Program-made: the position numbers and the translations under genes
Assembly: GCA_964057225.1 (NCBI GenBank)
Contig: OZ059898.1
Span: 7,502,001 to 7,566,000, forward strand
Source: Auanema rhodensis
Lineage: Eukaryota > Animalia > Nematoda
DNA: 64,000 nucleotides
Direction: 5' to 3'
Shown: one piece after another, positions 14,501 through 28,200 of the stretch
Position numbering within the stretch: the first letter of the stretch is position 1
Layout: the number at the start of each line of letters is the position of its first letter
Notes under the pieces: model-generated
What the model saw: the letters and a program-made list of their open reading frames with translations, nothing else
What the model was told of the DNA's origin: nothing
Database searches by the model: none

Positions 14501-16516
14501 TGTATGAAAACAATAAATAGTCTAGATTCCTGCTAACGTTTCAAGACTGTTTTTATTATATTCACATATATAATTTTATGTTTTATTTCCTATTAGTAAT
14601 ATATAGTTTATTTTATTTTTTCTATCTTTTTCTATTTTTTTTAAAAATTGATTGTTTAGTGCAACAATAATCATGGAATCTACTCATCAGTACAATAACT
14701 ACAATGAGATCTAACCTAAGATTTTAAACAAAACGAAAAATACAAGTTGCTGTATAGTTCGTTCGTTTGAATTATTTTTTTATTTTATTTTTGAAATTTA
14801 ATTTTCCTTGTTTTCGATTTATAAAACTGGTAAATGTTATCTCTATATATGGACATCTATATATCTAGTAATCTTTTTCTTTTTTTTTCAAATTTTCATT
14901 TCATTTTATCCAGTTACATCAGCTGACTTGTTAATTTGTTTACAAAATATGAACTTATGGCTTAATCTATATCAACATATACTGAATATATAAAAGTTAT
15001 ATTATATATTAAATATCAATTGATGAGGAATTTTATAAAAATTATATTAGAAACTAAAAAAAATTTTGAATTTCTAACTTACATAGCTTTCATTTTATTG
15101 TTTCCCAATTTTTGTTTTGGAGAAATTTAGTTACTTAGATTACTAATGAATCGTAATTTTTCATTCAGATAACAGAATGGCCTACATTACTCGTAAGATT
15201 GATCAACTACTGAACTTTCATCTTCTAGCAATCTTATGTTATATTCACCTAAATAATATTTCTTTTTAGCTTCTATATCTTTTTGTTTTTTCATATAAAA
15301 ATTTATTTTTTTCATAAGGTTAGACCATTAAGATATTTCTTTCAATTTTATAAATAACTATGACAATTTGTTAATAACCATATATAATGAGAAAATAAAA
15401 TTAACGAAAACTACTGTCATGTTATCAGCTAACCTCTCATCATCATATTTCTTCTAACTAACTACACTCTTACCACACCCCATACCACCCCACCCCACCT
15501 ATGCAATCACAATCATCCAATACTCTTCCTATTTCTATCTTTTATTCACAATCTTTAATACATCTATCTTTCTCTCTTTTTTTTCTTTATATTCCCCAAA
15601 TATTTCAGTCTATTCTCTCGATTACCCTCTACTACCCCTTCTCTATCATCTCGTCTTTTCAAAACTTGTTATCGACGATAGTACAGATTAACGAACCAAC
15701 AACAGACGCTTTCTGCATCGAGAAGGGGGAACGGGAATGCTATGAAGTCCGTTGACTAACTAGTAACTTGTGATAACTTGATGTTCACAAGCAAATGTCA
15801 AGATTCACTCCCCTCTTTCATTTCTCTTCTTTCCAAATGCAACTACCTTTCCCCTTCTCTTTTCTTCCTCTTTTACTCCCTCTCTATCTCTCTTAATTTT
15901 TCTCCAATTTTTAATTCCACGTTTTTTGTTTGATTGAGTTTATATGATAAGTAGTCTTACTACCCTATGCTCTTAATTTACTTTTTTCAAAGTAATCTCT
16001 GTAATGAATGCAAATAATACATTCTTGAAACAAATAGAAGTTTGTTTTCTTCAAATTCATTCATCATTGATCGCTGTTTCAGAATAACTCATTGTTGAGC
16101 TGACAGAATTTTTTTCCTTTTTTTCAGTGAAAAACAAAATTTAAATTGCTGAAACATAAAGATATGTTGAGACGAGTATACGGTTACAGCAATATTGGAG
16201 TTAGTTAGATGAGGAATGACATCTTTCATCGTTTTCTGGCACTTAAATTCTCCATATTCTTGTATATTCTCTCGATTACTTGCCTCTCTCTCTCTATATA
16301 TATATATATAACTTCAATTCTTCTTTATTTAATTTCTATGTTATATACATCATATATATGCTACTTTCTTAGATTATTCACGTGAACAATATATCAATCA
16401 TTATATAGTTAGTTAGTTAGTTATCCAGTTTTATTGTTTCATAATGTCCGAAATTACATGAGTTTACTTTAAATATTTTATTTTTTTTGTTACAAACGTG
16501 TTCATCCATCGAAAGA

Positions 16517-16524
16517 TGACGTCA
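16517..16524. promoter_or_regulatory. Perfect CRE palindrome TGACGTCA
   Basis: Exact consensus match; function inferred. Confidence 0.4.
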
Positions 16525-17435
16525 ATTTCTGCATTAACGACTTAGAACATTGGAATGAAAATTGAACAATGGCTCTCTAGAACGTCGATTTGGAGCTGTG
16601 TAAGTTGAGCTTCGTCGTCATGTAATCTCAATAAATAACTAAATGCTATTTCAATCTTCTGTGCTGGCAGTATTCAAACCTTTTAGGCTGTTACCTTAAT
16701 TAACTTCCGTTGATTTCCTGTTCCCTCTTCTTTATTTACTGACTATTTTGTCGTTTATTAAACCTTTGTATCACCTAACTTACAAAGTTTTAGCCATCAA
16801 TTCTTTGCTGCATTTTCAATTTTTTCCGAAGTTCTTTGTATGACATTCGAAATCATCTTGTTTTCCAACTTAATATGAACATATAGAGCATAGTTACGTG
16901 ATATCCCTCGTTGTTTTTCTTCGGAAGAAAAATTGTTTTGTTTAGCTACCAAATGCAGCTTTCTTCTCGTTCTTTTTCTTGTCTAGTCTCTGCTCTTGTT
17001 GCTGGCCTCTGCTCCATCTATTGCATCTTATTCTTTGCGTGTCTGGGTCATTCTTCGCATTTCTTCGTTGTCATCTTCAAATCGCAATTTTTGGAACTTT
17101 TCAACGCATTTGGAGAAAAAAAACTTTTTCTTTGAACTTAACGTGTTATTAGAAAGATTCGAAATAATATTAGGTTTTGTTTATTTCAATATTATAAAAG
17201 TGTTTATAATTCAATATACATACATATATAGAACGATTATTATATTGAATTTTTATTTAAAATATGACTAATATATTATTATATAGTTAGTTAACTATAT
17301 TATATATAAATTATAATTCATTTGTTAAAATAAAATATTAAGAAGTTCTAACTTAATAACCCTCTTCTCTCTTGAACATTTAGATTAAGCTTGAACATAA
17401 ATGTTTAAAATTATATTTATATAATATAATAAAGA

Positions 17436-17441
<6 letters not shown>

Positions 17442-17477
<36 letters not shown>
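17442..17477. repeat. (AT)n microsatellite
   Basis: Direct reading. Confidence 0.95.
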
Positions 17478-17479
<2 letters not shown>

Positions 17480-19769
17480 CATTTTTATCCTATTTAATAG
17501 TTTTGTTTTATTTCAAAAATCATTTATACTCTAACCTTTCTCTTCGACAAAATCATCAAATGTTTGAATAATTTCATTTACATATTGTTATCTATTCAGT
17601 TTTATCGATTACTATTGAAACAGAATAATATTATATCAAAATATCTTGTCCATATATCGATTTCATTTCATTTAATAATCAATTTCTCGTCTATTTAGCT
17701 TATTCATTATCTTCATACTTAAGCTTATATCATATGATTCAAAATAATATTTCAGTCATAAGTTCATTCAGGTGATAGACATACATCAACATGTAATAAA
17801 TCTTCATTTATTATCAGGGATTTTGCATTACCTTCCAACAGACTGATATATACATACGCCTACACATGTCCATGCACTCACACACTGTCGGCCCTTTAAC
17901 TAACCAGTCCTTTTCTAACTTTTCTCTGCTTATGTGGAATATCATACTACTTTTCTCTTGTTTCTTCTACTACATCTAGTTACGGTCAATACCTTTAACA
18001 TCAACAGTAAGATATACCACCTACAGCAATACCACCATCAATGAAATACATCAAAATTGCTCTTATTTCGTGTTAAGTGCTCGTTCAGGTTCAACGTGTC
18101 TGTGTGGTGTAGTTCATCTCAATCAGCCTGCACCTGTTGCAATATTCGGGCTATGCTCATCTCTTTTTCTTTAGCTTCTATTCTATCCTGGTTCATCTTT
18201 TCCTATGCCATATTCTCTTTCTCTTTGCCATTTAGTTATCTCTTCTTCGTTTTTTCTCACCACGTCTCCCATTCTCTCTATCTATCCTCTTCTCTCTCTC
18301 TCTATCTTTCTCTTTCTCCCTCTCTAACTTTCTCAATATTTTGTTCATTCTCCTCCCCCCGTTTTCTCACCCATTCGTTTTTCAGTTTTCTTTCTCTTCT
18401 TACATACATACACGCAAATATACGCTTATTGACCCTTCCAGCCTGACTAACTCTCCTTCCCTGATGCTCTTTATATCTTTTCCAACCCTCATCCTTCTCT
18501 CTCTTCCTTTCTTTCCCTCTCTCTTTCTGATTTCACTCACTAGTGCTGACAACCTTCCCTCTTTGTTTCTGATTTTAAATTTTTTTTTCTTTACTTTTGT
18601 TTTTCATAAATTCAACTTTTTCCACGACTTTTCATGAGAAAAATAACTTTTGTCACTAACTGTAAGTTTAATTCACTTTCTCATGCATGTTTCCCTTTCC
18701 GTCATCGTATCAACGTGTTTTGCCCAGTGCAGCATTTTATATACTCTAGCTCAGCTAACAGGCTTGCACGGATGTGTATCGGACAATGCTTGATGTCGAT
18801 GTAGTTGGAAATGGCCTTGATAGCCACATTTCGCTTGTTTCTACAAATAGGTTATCAATAAGAAATCAATAGATGTTTATTTGCACAAGCAGCTGTAAAA
18901 TCCTTCTCTTTGAGGCATCTAGGTTTTCAGAAAAAAAATCGTTTGATTTTTACAGTTTTCATATGTTCTGCCAGTCACACAGAATGATATTATTGTAAAT
19001 TTTCATATCAGATATACAAGATAACTGCATATTTATACGATTCGAGCCGGTTTTTATGGTCATCGACAACATCATCTTCGTTGTCATCATCATTGTGTTG
19101 GTTGATGCTAGTTGTGACCATCTTCCGATTGCTCCTATAGTTGATGATCCTTTGATTTCAAAAGCTACTTTTCGATATATGAAAGAGTATAAGAAAAAGA
19201 ACGGAAATTAGATTTGCCATACACATCATTCCAGCTTAGCACAATTTTTTTACTTCGCCAATCATCAGTCAGTATTTCATATACATATATATATATATAT
19301 TTATTTTTTCAATGAATTCTAAAAAAATTATATTTGCCATGTAATAAGAGTTTGAATTCTAAGATTATTTAATAAATATTTATTTATTCAACTTCAAATA
19401 GCTTCAGATTTGCATCATTTTATATGATTATATCAGAATATTTAGATATAGCATACTGATGATATTAACTATAACAACATTCATTTTTATTTGTAAAATT
19501 TTGAATAAGTTATAATATATCTGTATTAATATGATATTATTCTTTCAAAAATTTGTTGTGTTCAAATCAATATTAATGTTTTACCAAGCTTCTCTTTGGC
19601 AGAAGATCAAGGCTACACTGAGAAATCACTAGTGGCCTGCCAATCGTGTGAAGCAAATATCTTTTTCGTTTTCTGTTCGTCGTTCTTCTCTTCTCTCTCA
19701 TTTTCCTTCATCATTTTTATAAACCTGCCAGAGAATTTTTTCGAATCTTATACGTCTTTTTCCATGATT

Positions 19770-19792
19770 CTCTCTCTCTATTTCTCTCTCAC

Positions 19793-19840
<48 letters not shown>
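19770..19840. repeat. (CT)n microsatellite, imperfect
   Basis: Direct reading. Confidence 0.95.
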
Positions 19841-22149
19841 AATCTTTCTCTTTATATACATATACACTCGTTTTCCCTCGTTTTTTGATTTCTTTCTAAC
19901 TCTTTTAAATATTTTCGCACCAACTCATACAAAATCTATTCGTTCTTGAGAGAACGAGAGAAGTTTTTTTTGCCGGTATTGTGTTTAAAGGCTTGCATAT
20001 AGTTCCTCCAAGTATTCATAAAGCATTTTTATTCTGTCCTGCGAGCTGACTTCTTTCGAGAGCATCTAAGCTTAGAATGAGCAGATGAGAACAAACCAAG
20101 AAATGCTGGCTTGAGCTGCTTGCAAGAAAAGAGAAAAGAATTGAAAATATACACAAGCACATTGAGAGAAAAGAAGAAAAAAAGAAGAGTAAGGGAAATA
20201 GAAGATACTGCTACGGCATTTCTTCCCTCCATATCTCCCTCCTATGCTTCTTCCATCTCTATCTCTAGTACCCTCCACGCCCCGCTCATCTGCCCCAATA
20301 TCCCTCCGGCAAGATTCTTTCCAATCTCTCTTAGTCTCTTCCTCTGTCAATGCCGTGTTTAGCTTCTTTCTTTATTTTCAGCTCCAAAATGTCTCTAAAC
20401 TGCCCAATCAATGTTTTTAGTTTTAAGCACAACTAATATCTGGATCATTATTTTGTTTCAGTAAAAATGTTCAAAATCTCTAATGAAATGCTCATTTTCA
20501 TTCTTTTGAATCTCTCTTTTCCCTTCTAATTTATTTAATTTATTCATCATAAACTGTTGAAAAAAATATTTTTTAACCTTATGTGTATATAGCTTATTAT
20601 AATTTTTATAATATTATATTGATATATATAATATATATCAAATAAATAGTGATATCATTTATACTTTTGTTCGACCATTGTCTAAAGATTAATAGATTGA
20701 TTTTCATTCCAAATTTTCGGTTTTTCCTTTCAACTAATCAATTGCAATTGAATTCTTCTTTCACTACTATCTTCAGTCTCAAATATCATGTAACTTATCA
20801 GTCTTCTAGCTATCGTTCTCATCATTTTCATCATCAGCTGCTACGTTGCCATTGCCAGAAGCCGAAGTAGAAACTCTGCTGAACCAAAGTCTATTACTGA
20901 AGCAAGATAATTTTTTATAACAATTTTAAATTCTTTCACTTGTTAAAATGCTCAGATTTTGATATTCTATGATAGATGGATTAGAAAAAATTGAAACTGG
21001 TTAGTTTGAGAGCAGTTAAATATATAAAAATGTAGATTGAACCAACTCTTTATAGGTTATTCCAGTTTTATTTTAAAAAATAATATAAAACAAATTAAAC
21101 TTCTTAAAGTTTTAATTATCATTAACTGCTCTTTATTTCTTTATTTAGTCAATGAAGAATCACTTAAGAATTTAAAAAATCTATTTTGAATTAATATAAT
21201 TATATTTTATAAATTTATATTATAAAGATATATAAAATATTATTATTTTTTCTTAAACTAATTATACATATAGTTAATATATAAATATATGTATATATAG
21301 TTATATAAAATGATAATTGAAATTCTATTTTCTCTTTTAGAATATTAAATCTGATATCCATATCGATTCAATTTTTTACCAACATTCTTGTTCTTCATTT
21401 CGTCAGCATCATCATCATTCATGATATCATCAATTACGTTATTTTCTATTTTAATCTTTTCATCTTTATTTGAATGATTTTATGATTTTAGCTTTTTGTC
21501 CAATAAGCTGGACAATCTTTGTTCCATCTATTCCATGTTTCTGGTCATTCTTCTTCGTTTTTTCTTTCAAAATTAAGAAAAAAATTAAAATTTCTATCTG
21601 ATTGCCTTTCTCTCCTTTTTTTCCCTTTTTTCCTCATTCTCTCTAATGCTTCCCCCTTGAACTTCCTTTTTCTATCGTTCAGTAATATTAAAATATTTAC
21701 TGATTTCGGAAAAATTGTTGAACGTGAGCAAAATATTATTTCTTTTTTAAATTTTATTAAATACTCTATATATTTTGACTATATAAAGTTAAATGAAAAA
21801 AAATAAAATAAAACGAGGACAGAGAGAGAAATAGCGAGAGGAAGAGAGAGAAAAAGAGAGAGAAGGTAATAAAGACAAATATATAAAGACAAAAGAGTAA
21901 AAAGCCAAAAACGTGTTATACTTAGCTAGATTGTGAATGGAAATAGAGGGGGATGGTTATATAAAGATGGGGCTAATTGAATAGTTAGTTGCTGTCAGAC
22001 TAGTTTTTAGTATTTCATCGTAAAAACTGTAAGCAACAGTATGAGCTTTTTTCGAATTAGCTGCAAAATCTAAATACAGCGTTATTTCTTCCCTACTTTA
22101 TATGATATAGTAAAATATGCCTTTTTGCATGGATTATAGTATACTATTA

Positions 22150-23420
22150 GGATGGCTTTTCACTTTTTCACCTTTCTTCTTGTCGGATTTAGATACAAAA
22201 AATCTCTGACGGCCGAGTGGACACGAAGCAAAACTGCGGCAAAACGTTATCGCCTTCATTTTTTGTTTCCCTCGTCTCTCTGTAGTGTCCCAACCTATTT
22301 CCACTCTGTCCATTTGTTTTTTATCTATGTCTCCCTCTTCAACTATTTCTATTTCATTTCTCTCTCCCATTTTTTCTCTGACCAACACACTATTCTTAAT
22401 GTCTTCGCTTGCTATTGCCCCCAGGGTTTTGTTGTTGAGCTGTCAGTTGACCGATTTTGTTGGTAAACAAGCAGTCAAGTCCTGGCGCATACACATAGAG
22501 AATGCGCATATACCAGGCAAGCAGAGAGAAACCGGAGAAATAGACAGAGACAGACTGTGCTAGTTGAGTCTTCGTGCACCCTTCCTCATCCTACTCGCTG
22601 TGCGTTCCGTTCGTTCGCCTTCGTCTCAATCCGCCCCATGCAACTAGCCCAGCACACTCGACTCCCTCCTCTCCCTTTTGCTTGTTTCCATCTACTACCC
22701 CACAGTCGAACCAGTACACAGCCGTTCACCGTTCCCTTCCCAGTTAGGGTCTCATAATCTGTCTGGCCCGCTTCTCAGTCTCCATCAACTGTCTTCTTCC
22801 TCATCTTCAGCGTTTCGTCCATCAAGTCGCAACCACAATCTACATGGTCATGTCCCGAGGACGAAGTAGGCTTGACCCTGAATACTCAGTTTCCTCTGGC
22901 CATATCACCGGTCTTTCCCTTCTATGTTATGTGTATGTCATCAGTCTGTTCTTCATTTCATCTTCTATCTTCTTTTTTTCTTAAAAAAAAATAGCCAAAG
23001 TTCATGTTCAGTTACGATTTCTTCTGAATTTCCGTTTTTTATCCTCCCACTAAAACTATTTTTGTTGATCACATACAACAAGCAGAGAAATGCTGTATCC
23101 GAATGATAAAAATGCCCGGAGAGAGCTCTCTGTTCTCTTTTCTCTCTTTCTCTTTCTTTTTTTTACTCCAGACCCAACTTTCATTCTCTTTATCTCCATA
23201 TTTTTCTCTATCTCTTGTTGGCTTTCTCTATTTTTCATTCCGTCATTTTCTCTTGACGCTGAGCCATGACCAGCACCGGCCGATATGGCCTAGGGCCGAA
23301 CTGCTTTGCTAGTCGTTCCGCGCCTCGCTCTACACCACCCTCTCTCCCGCTCTCTGCTATCCTCAGCCAGGCCATTCGTCCCAGCCTGTGAACACATACA
23401 CACCAAAGCATTAGCCGTTA
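22150..23420. promoter_or_regulatory. GC/CpG-enriched, GAGA/CT-rich non-coding island (candidate promoter or enhancer)
   Basis: Sharp rise in GC and CpG against the very AT-rich flanks; no coherent spliced ORF. Confidence 0.4.
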
Positions 23421-23890
23421 GGTTTCGATCAAAGACTTTGAAAAACCGTGAACATTGTGGAGAAATAAAGAACTAACCGGCGAATGCTAGGTAGAGATTG
23501 GAAGATAAAATGAAAATAATGAGAGGGTGTGAGAAAATAAGAGAAAGAGAGAGAGAGAGAGAGAGAGTGACAGTATAGGTGATAATATTGTAAATGTTTG
23601 TATCTGTTTAACGGTATATATATATATATATAATACGTTGATTTTGAGAAAAAACAGCTGAAGCACCACAAATACTAAACGGTTATAGGCACAACTACGT
23701 TGAAGTCTAAGTATCTCTTTACCTACTACTTCCTATAAGTGTCAGAATTGCTATTTATCTTTGCCGTATCTGCATTTTCTACACAGACATATGTTTTTTT
23801 TCTTTTCATTTTCTTTTGCAGAATTGAATTGAATTATCTTCTTAGGTGTTCAAGGAAGTAATAATGAAAGAAGATGTAGTATATATGAAT

Positions 23891-23897
<7 letters not shown>

Positions 23898-23934
<37 letters not shown>
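23898..23934. repeat. (AT)n microsatellite
   Basis: Direct reading. Confidence 0.95.
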
Positions 23935-23942
<8 letters not shown>

Positions 23943-24286
23943 TAAAGAGAGAAAGATGTAAAGAAGGAATTAAATAGACTTGTTTATATCTGGTCGATGT
24001 ATTCATTGACGATTTTCTGATGTTATATCGGTCAGTGGCACACATCACTCGAATATTTCTAATAGTCACATCAGTTAATTCCTTCATCGGTCGGCATCCT
24101 TAAAGCTTTATCCTGTTATGTATGATTAATATGTAAATAAGAAATCTTTTTTTTTTGACTCCAAACAAGTCTGATCTTACTTAATACCATAATATTGAAG
24201 GTTATAGCTTAATGCGATGATCATGCCCCATCTTTATGCTTTAACATGTACGCATTTAGCTCGATTGATTCAAGCATTTTACGTAT

Positions 24287-24296
24287 ATGACGTCAT
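24287..24296. promoter_or_regulatory. CRE palindrome ATGACGTCAT
   Basis: Exact 10-bp palindrome; function inferred. Confidence 0.4.
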
Positions 24297-25047
24297 CCTG
24301 AATGAAGTGAACGTGATCTACATCTCACATCTAAGAAGATAGCATTAAGCTTGCCTGTTTGCTGATATAATGGTTATACATTCATGTAGTTTTAAGCTTT
24401 TTATTGCTCTTGCACTTTCATTTACTGTTGTAATATTTTTCTTGTTTGTATTCTTCTGCATGACAGTAGTACATGAAACTTTGCTATGGCTAGCAAATCA
24501 ATTATAATTATTCAATCATAAAAAGCTTTAAACTATTATCTTATCAGTGTATGATTAAGAATAATTAAGTTTATATGCTTTTTATTAGAAGAAGCTATAT
24601 GTGTTGATGTCAATCTGCTTCTTGTTGAAGATGATATTATTTGTATTATACAACATATAATCTTATCTTTTTATAATTTTTCATTTAAAATTATATATTT
24701 TTTGTATCTTATTTTCTTTATATACTAAAATAATATAATTTTTTATTATTTTATAGAAAACATCATTGTCTTCATACTACTGAAAGTCATTCTAATTAGC
24801 TTCTTATTCTTATTTCTTTTTTTTTACTCACATACATACATACATTCATATATGTATTTATCCATAATTATCAAACAATTTCATGACAGTTCATATAAAC
24901 CATGCATGTGTAGATGAGTGATGAAATGATTATTGATACAACAGCTTCATTATTTTTCGCTACCCATATAAGAAGTATCAGTCAAATCAGTCTATCTAGA
25001 CATTTTGCAGGCCTCAGGTTAAAATCTGTTAGCTCCCCAACAACAAT

Positions 25048-25050
<3 letters not shown>

Positions 25051-25096
<46 letters not shown>
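25051..25096. repeat. (CT)n microsatellite
   Basis: Direct reading. Confidence 0.95.
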
Positions 25097-25101
<5 letters not shown>

Positions 25102-27499
25102 CCTATTCATCGTTATATTCACTCCTTCCTCGTTCTTTTCGCTCTTCCAAACCACCAACATTTCCATCTTGTTTATTTACATGATCAGCAAATAACTGGT
25201 TTGAACAAGCGAACATACATATACTAACACACATCATACATATACTCACACATACGGAGAGATACATCAAGAGGAACAACGCTAACGGCGTTGAACGTGA
25301 CACTCATCGAACATTTCTGATTATGAAGATATTACTCTATTACTATAAACATGAAAATACCTAAAAATGGATTTATTGTCTTTACAATATGTTTTTCATA
25401 ATATACCTAATCTGAATTCTATTCTGTTCTTTGTTGCTCGATTATATGAATACTGACTTCCTGTTCATTTTTAATGAAAAACCACTTATTAATATAAATA
25501 CACTTTTCTGTGTTTAAAACCAAAATTACACCTACTTTCTAATGCATATTCCAAAGGTTTATTGCGAATATATATATATATATTCGTAGCTCTTATTCCA
25601 TTCTTTTTTATTTTGTCTTCTTTATTATTACTTCGTATTTAAAATTTGAAAAAAATCGTTATTTCGTTTTTAAAATAAGCAATCCAATTTGAATTTGCAT
25701 CCGTTTCAGATCCAAGGAAGTACTACCACTACTCAAGCATCGGTGACTGACTTGCTCGCTTGCCAATGGACGTACTGCATCGTTTTCTTGATTTTTCTGG
25801 CCGACATATAATCCATCTTTTCAAAATCTTTCCTTCATGTTATTCTTCACATTATCCGCTTTCTTCATCGTCTTTCTATCTCTTTTCTCTCTCTCTCTTT
25901 ATCTATCTGTTTCCCCGTTCTCTACTTTTCAGCTTTCTGCTCCCTCTCTCATCAGTTCTTCTTTCACTTGTTGCCGTTTACCCTCATCTTTCGTATCTTT
26001 CATTTCACAGTCCTTTTTTGCAATTCTTGCCTTTTGACTTGTCTTGTTGTCGGCAATGCTTTCAGCATATTGATCAGCTGATTGGAGTCCTTCATCCCTG
26101 CTTGTCTGTTTTCGTGCCTGCTCGGTCTTGTCACAAGTTTTCGTCTGAACATGACAAGAAAACACCGAATTGTTCAACGAACTCGATATATGGACGATTC
26201 TTAGAGAGAGAAAGAAAGAGAGAGGGAAAGAGAGCAAGAGAGAGAGAGAGAGAGAAAGTTATAGAAGGTTCGAACAGAAGGAAAGTGTTAGAGAGTTGCC
26301 TACTTGCTTAATCGTATTTTTTTTTCATTTTTTCACTCATTCAAAATTCTTTTCTTTAATATTCACCACGAATCTTTGTCATTTATTCTAAGAACTCTTA
26401 ATATAATTTTTGAAAAAGGCATAAAATCTCACTTTCTACTTCAAACCTCTTGAGATAATTTCTGTTCATCTGTAACGATGACCATTCGATCTTCAAGACC
26501 AAATAATTTTTATGCTTAAAATCTCACTAATAAAAGTGAAATAATTGATGATATTAAGAATATTGAAGAAAAATGTTCAATTGTCAATTCTATTTCACAC
26601 AATTCGTTTTCGTTTAGAATTTCAAAAAATGATTTGATTTTTGATTTCTCATACATCAATTTACAGATAATTATCATTAATGGAATTTCCAAATAGAAAA
26701 AAACAAAGACAGAACAATAAGCTGTTCATCTTTATAAAAATATTTTTTTTTGTAAAAAAAAAAGAAACAAACTGATGTTTTTTATAAAAAATTTGATGGC
26801 AAAAAATATATGTTCATTATAATGATATGTGATTTGCTCCTCAAATAGCATCATGCCTGAGAAAAAAAATTTAGGATGATAGAGTTAAGGGGGAAAAAGC
26901 ACCTTAATTCAAAAATGCAGCTCGCAAATCTGTTCACATCACAACTCTTTGTTCGTCTTTTCTATACGCAAAAAGAAAAGAAAGAATTACTTCTCATATT
27001 TCAATGCTCTAATACTGCCAACTTACATCATAAACAAATGGAACAGTTGAAAATGCAAAAAACAATTCGTCGAATTGTATTGAACTTCTGAAGTCATTGT
27101 CGTTAATGTTATTGCTGACTCCGAATCTCAGACAACAGACAGCATCAGCCCTTCTTATCTTAATACGTACAAATGCATTACTCGTCTAATAGCCCACTCA
27201 CACGGTATGAAATTTTTGTGGAAATGCGAGCTAAGAAGCATTTGTACGTTCCCTCTTCCTCTTTCTATGATCTCTCTCTCTAGGCTAAACAGATTCTTTA
27301 CCTTCCGCTTGCTAACAGTTGGGAAGTCTTGAATACTACACACATAGCAAGAATCGGAATAAAACTGACGACGCAGCAGAAGAGAAAGAAGAGGTTTCAA
27401 GACAGAAAGAGGTTGATGACGAACCTATTCATGTACATGTTTGTGTGTGAAGAAAAAAAATAGAATGACGAGAAGAGAGAGAGAGTAGAAGAACGATAG

Positions 27500-28200
27500 T
27501 AAAACCCATGGCGCTATTCTGCGTCCATGACTTTAGGCTATCCCCCTTCTCTCACTCATCATCTCCCCTCGTTTCCACTCTCCCTCTTTCATTCTCTTTA
27601 TTTCTCTATCTCCCTCTTACACTCCCTCTTGTCATTCCTCTTCACCTCGATCTCTCTGCTTCTCTAGCAGTTTTTTGCTCTCCCAATCGCCTGCTTCTCT
27701 TATGTGTGTGTCCCTCTCGTCGTTTTCTTGGCTGTCCGTTGTCGTAGTTGTTGGACGTGCGGCGGCGGTGGCGGTGGCGCCGGCCTCTCTGCCTGTCACC
27801 CCCAGTCCCCTCCCGGCCGTCGGCCTCTGCTCCAATTCATCCTCTAAAGAGAAACATAAAGAGAGATAGAGAGAGAAAACGAAAGAGAAAGAAGCTGTGA
27901 GAAATAAAGAGAAAAAAGCTTGCTTAGCCTATTCCTAACACGCTTATCCACAACGGCACTAACCACTCTCACCCACTCCCACCGACCAGCTTCAAGTTAC
28001 ACACCTTATAGGCTTAAACAATAAATTTTCAAAAGTATCATCAAGCATTTGCTAGGTTCTACTATTATTTCATTTTCATCTTTTCTTCTTCGTCCGCTCG
28101 CTCTCATTTTCAGTTCTTCGTTGAAATCGCTGTGCCTCTTCTGCCTGTGTGCTCGGTTTGACTTCGTAACGACGTCGGCGAAGAGACAGCTCATTCTTTT
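27500..28200. promoter_or_regulatory. GC-rich non-coding island upstream of msi-1 (candidate promoter)
   Basis: GCGGCGGCGGTGGCGGTGGCGCCGGCC core at about 27769-27795, flanked by CT and GA tracts. Confidence 0.45.

Noticed and set aside
13781-16081. piRNA Ruby motif CTGTTTCA at ~13781 and ~16074
   Set aside because: Two hits are about what chance gives in 64 kb of this composition; no cluster.
1-25000. Recurrent TAACTA/TAGTTA and TACATACAT words
   Set aside because: Frequency is plausibly explained by the very high AT content and simple-repeat slippage.
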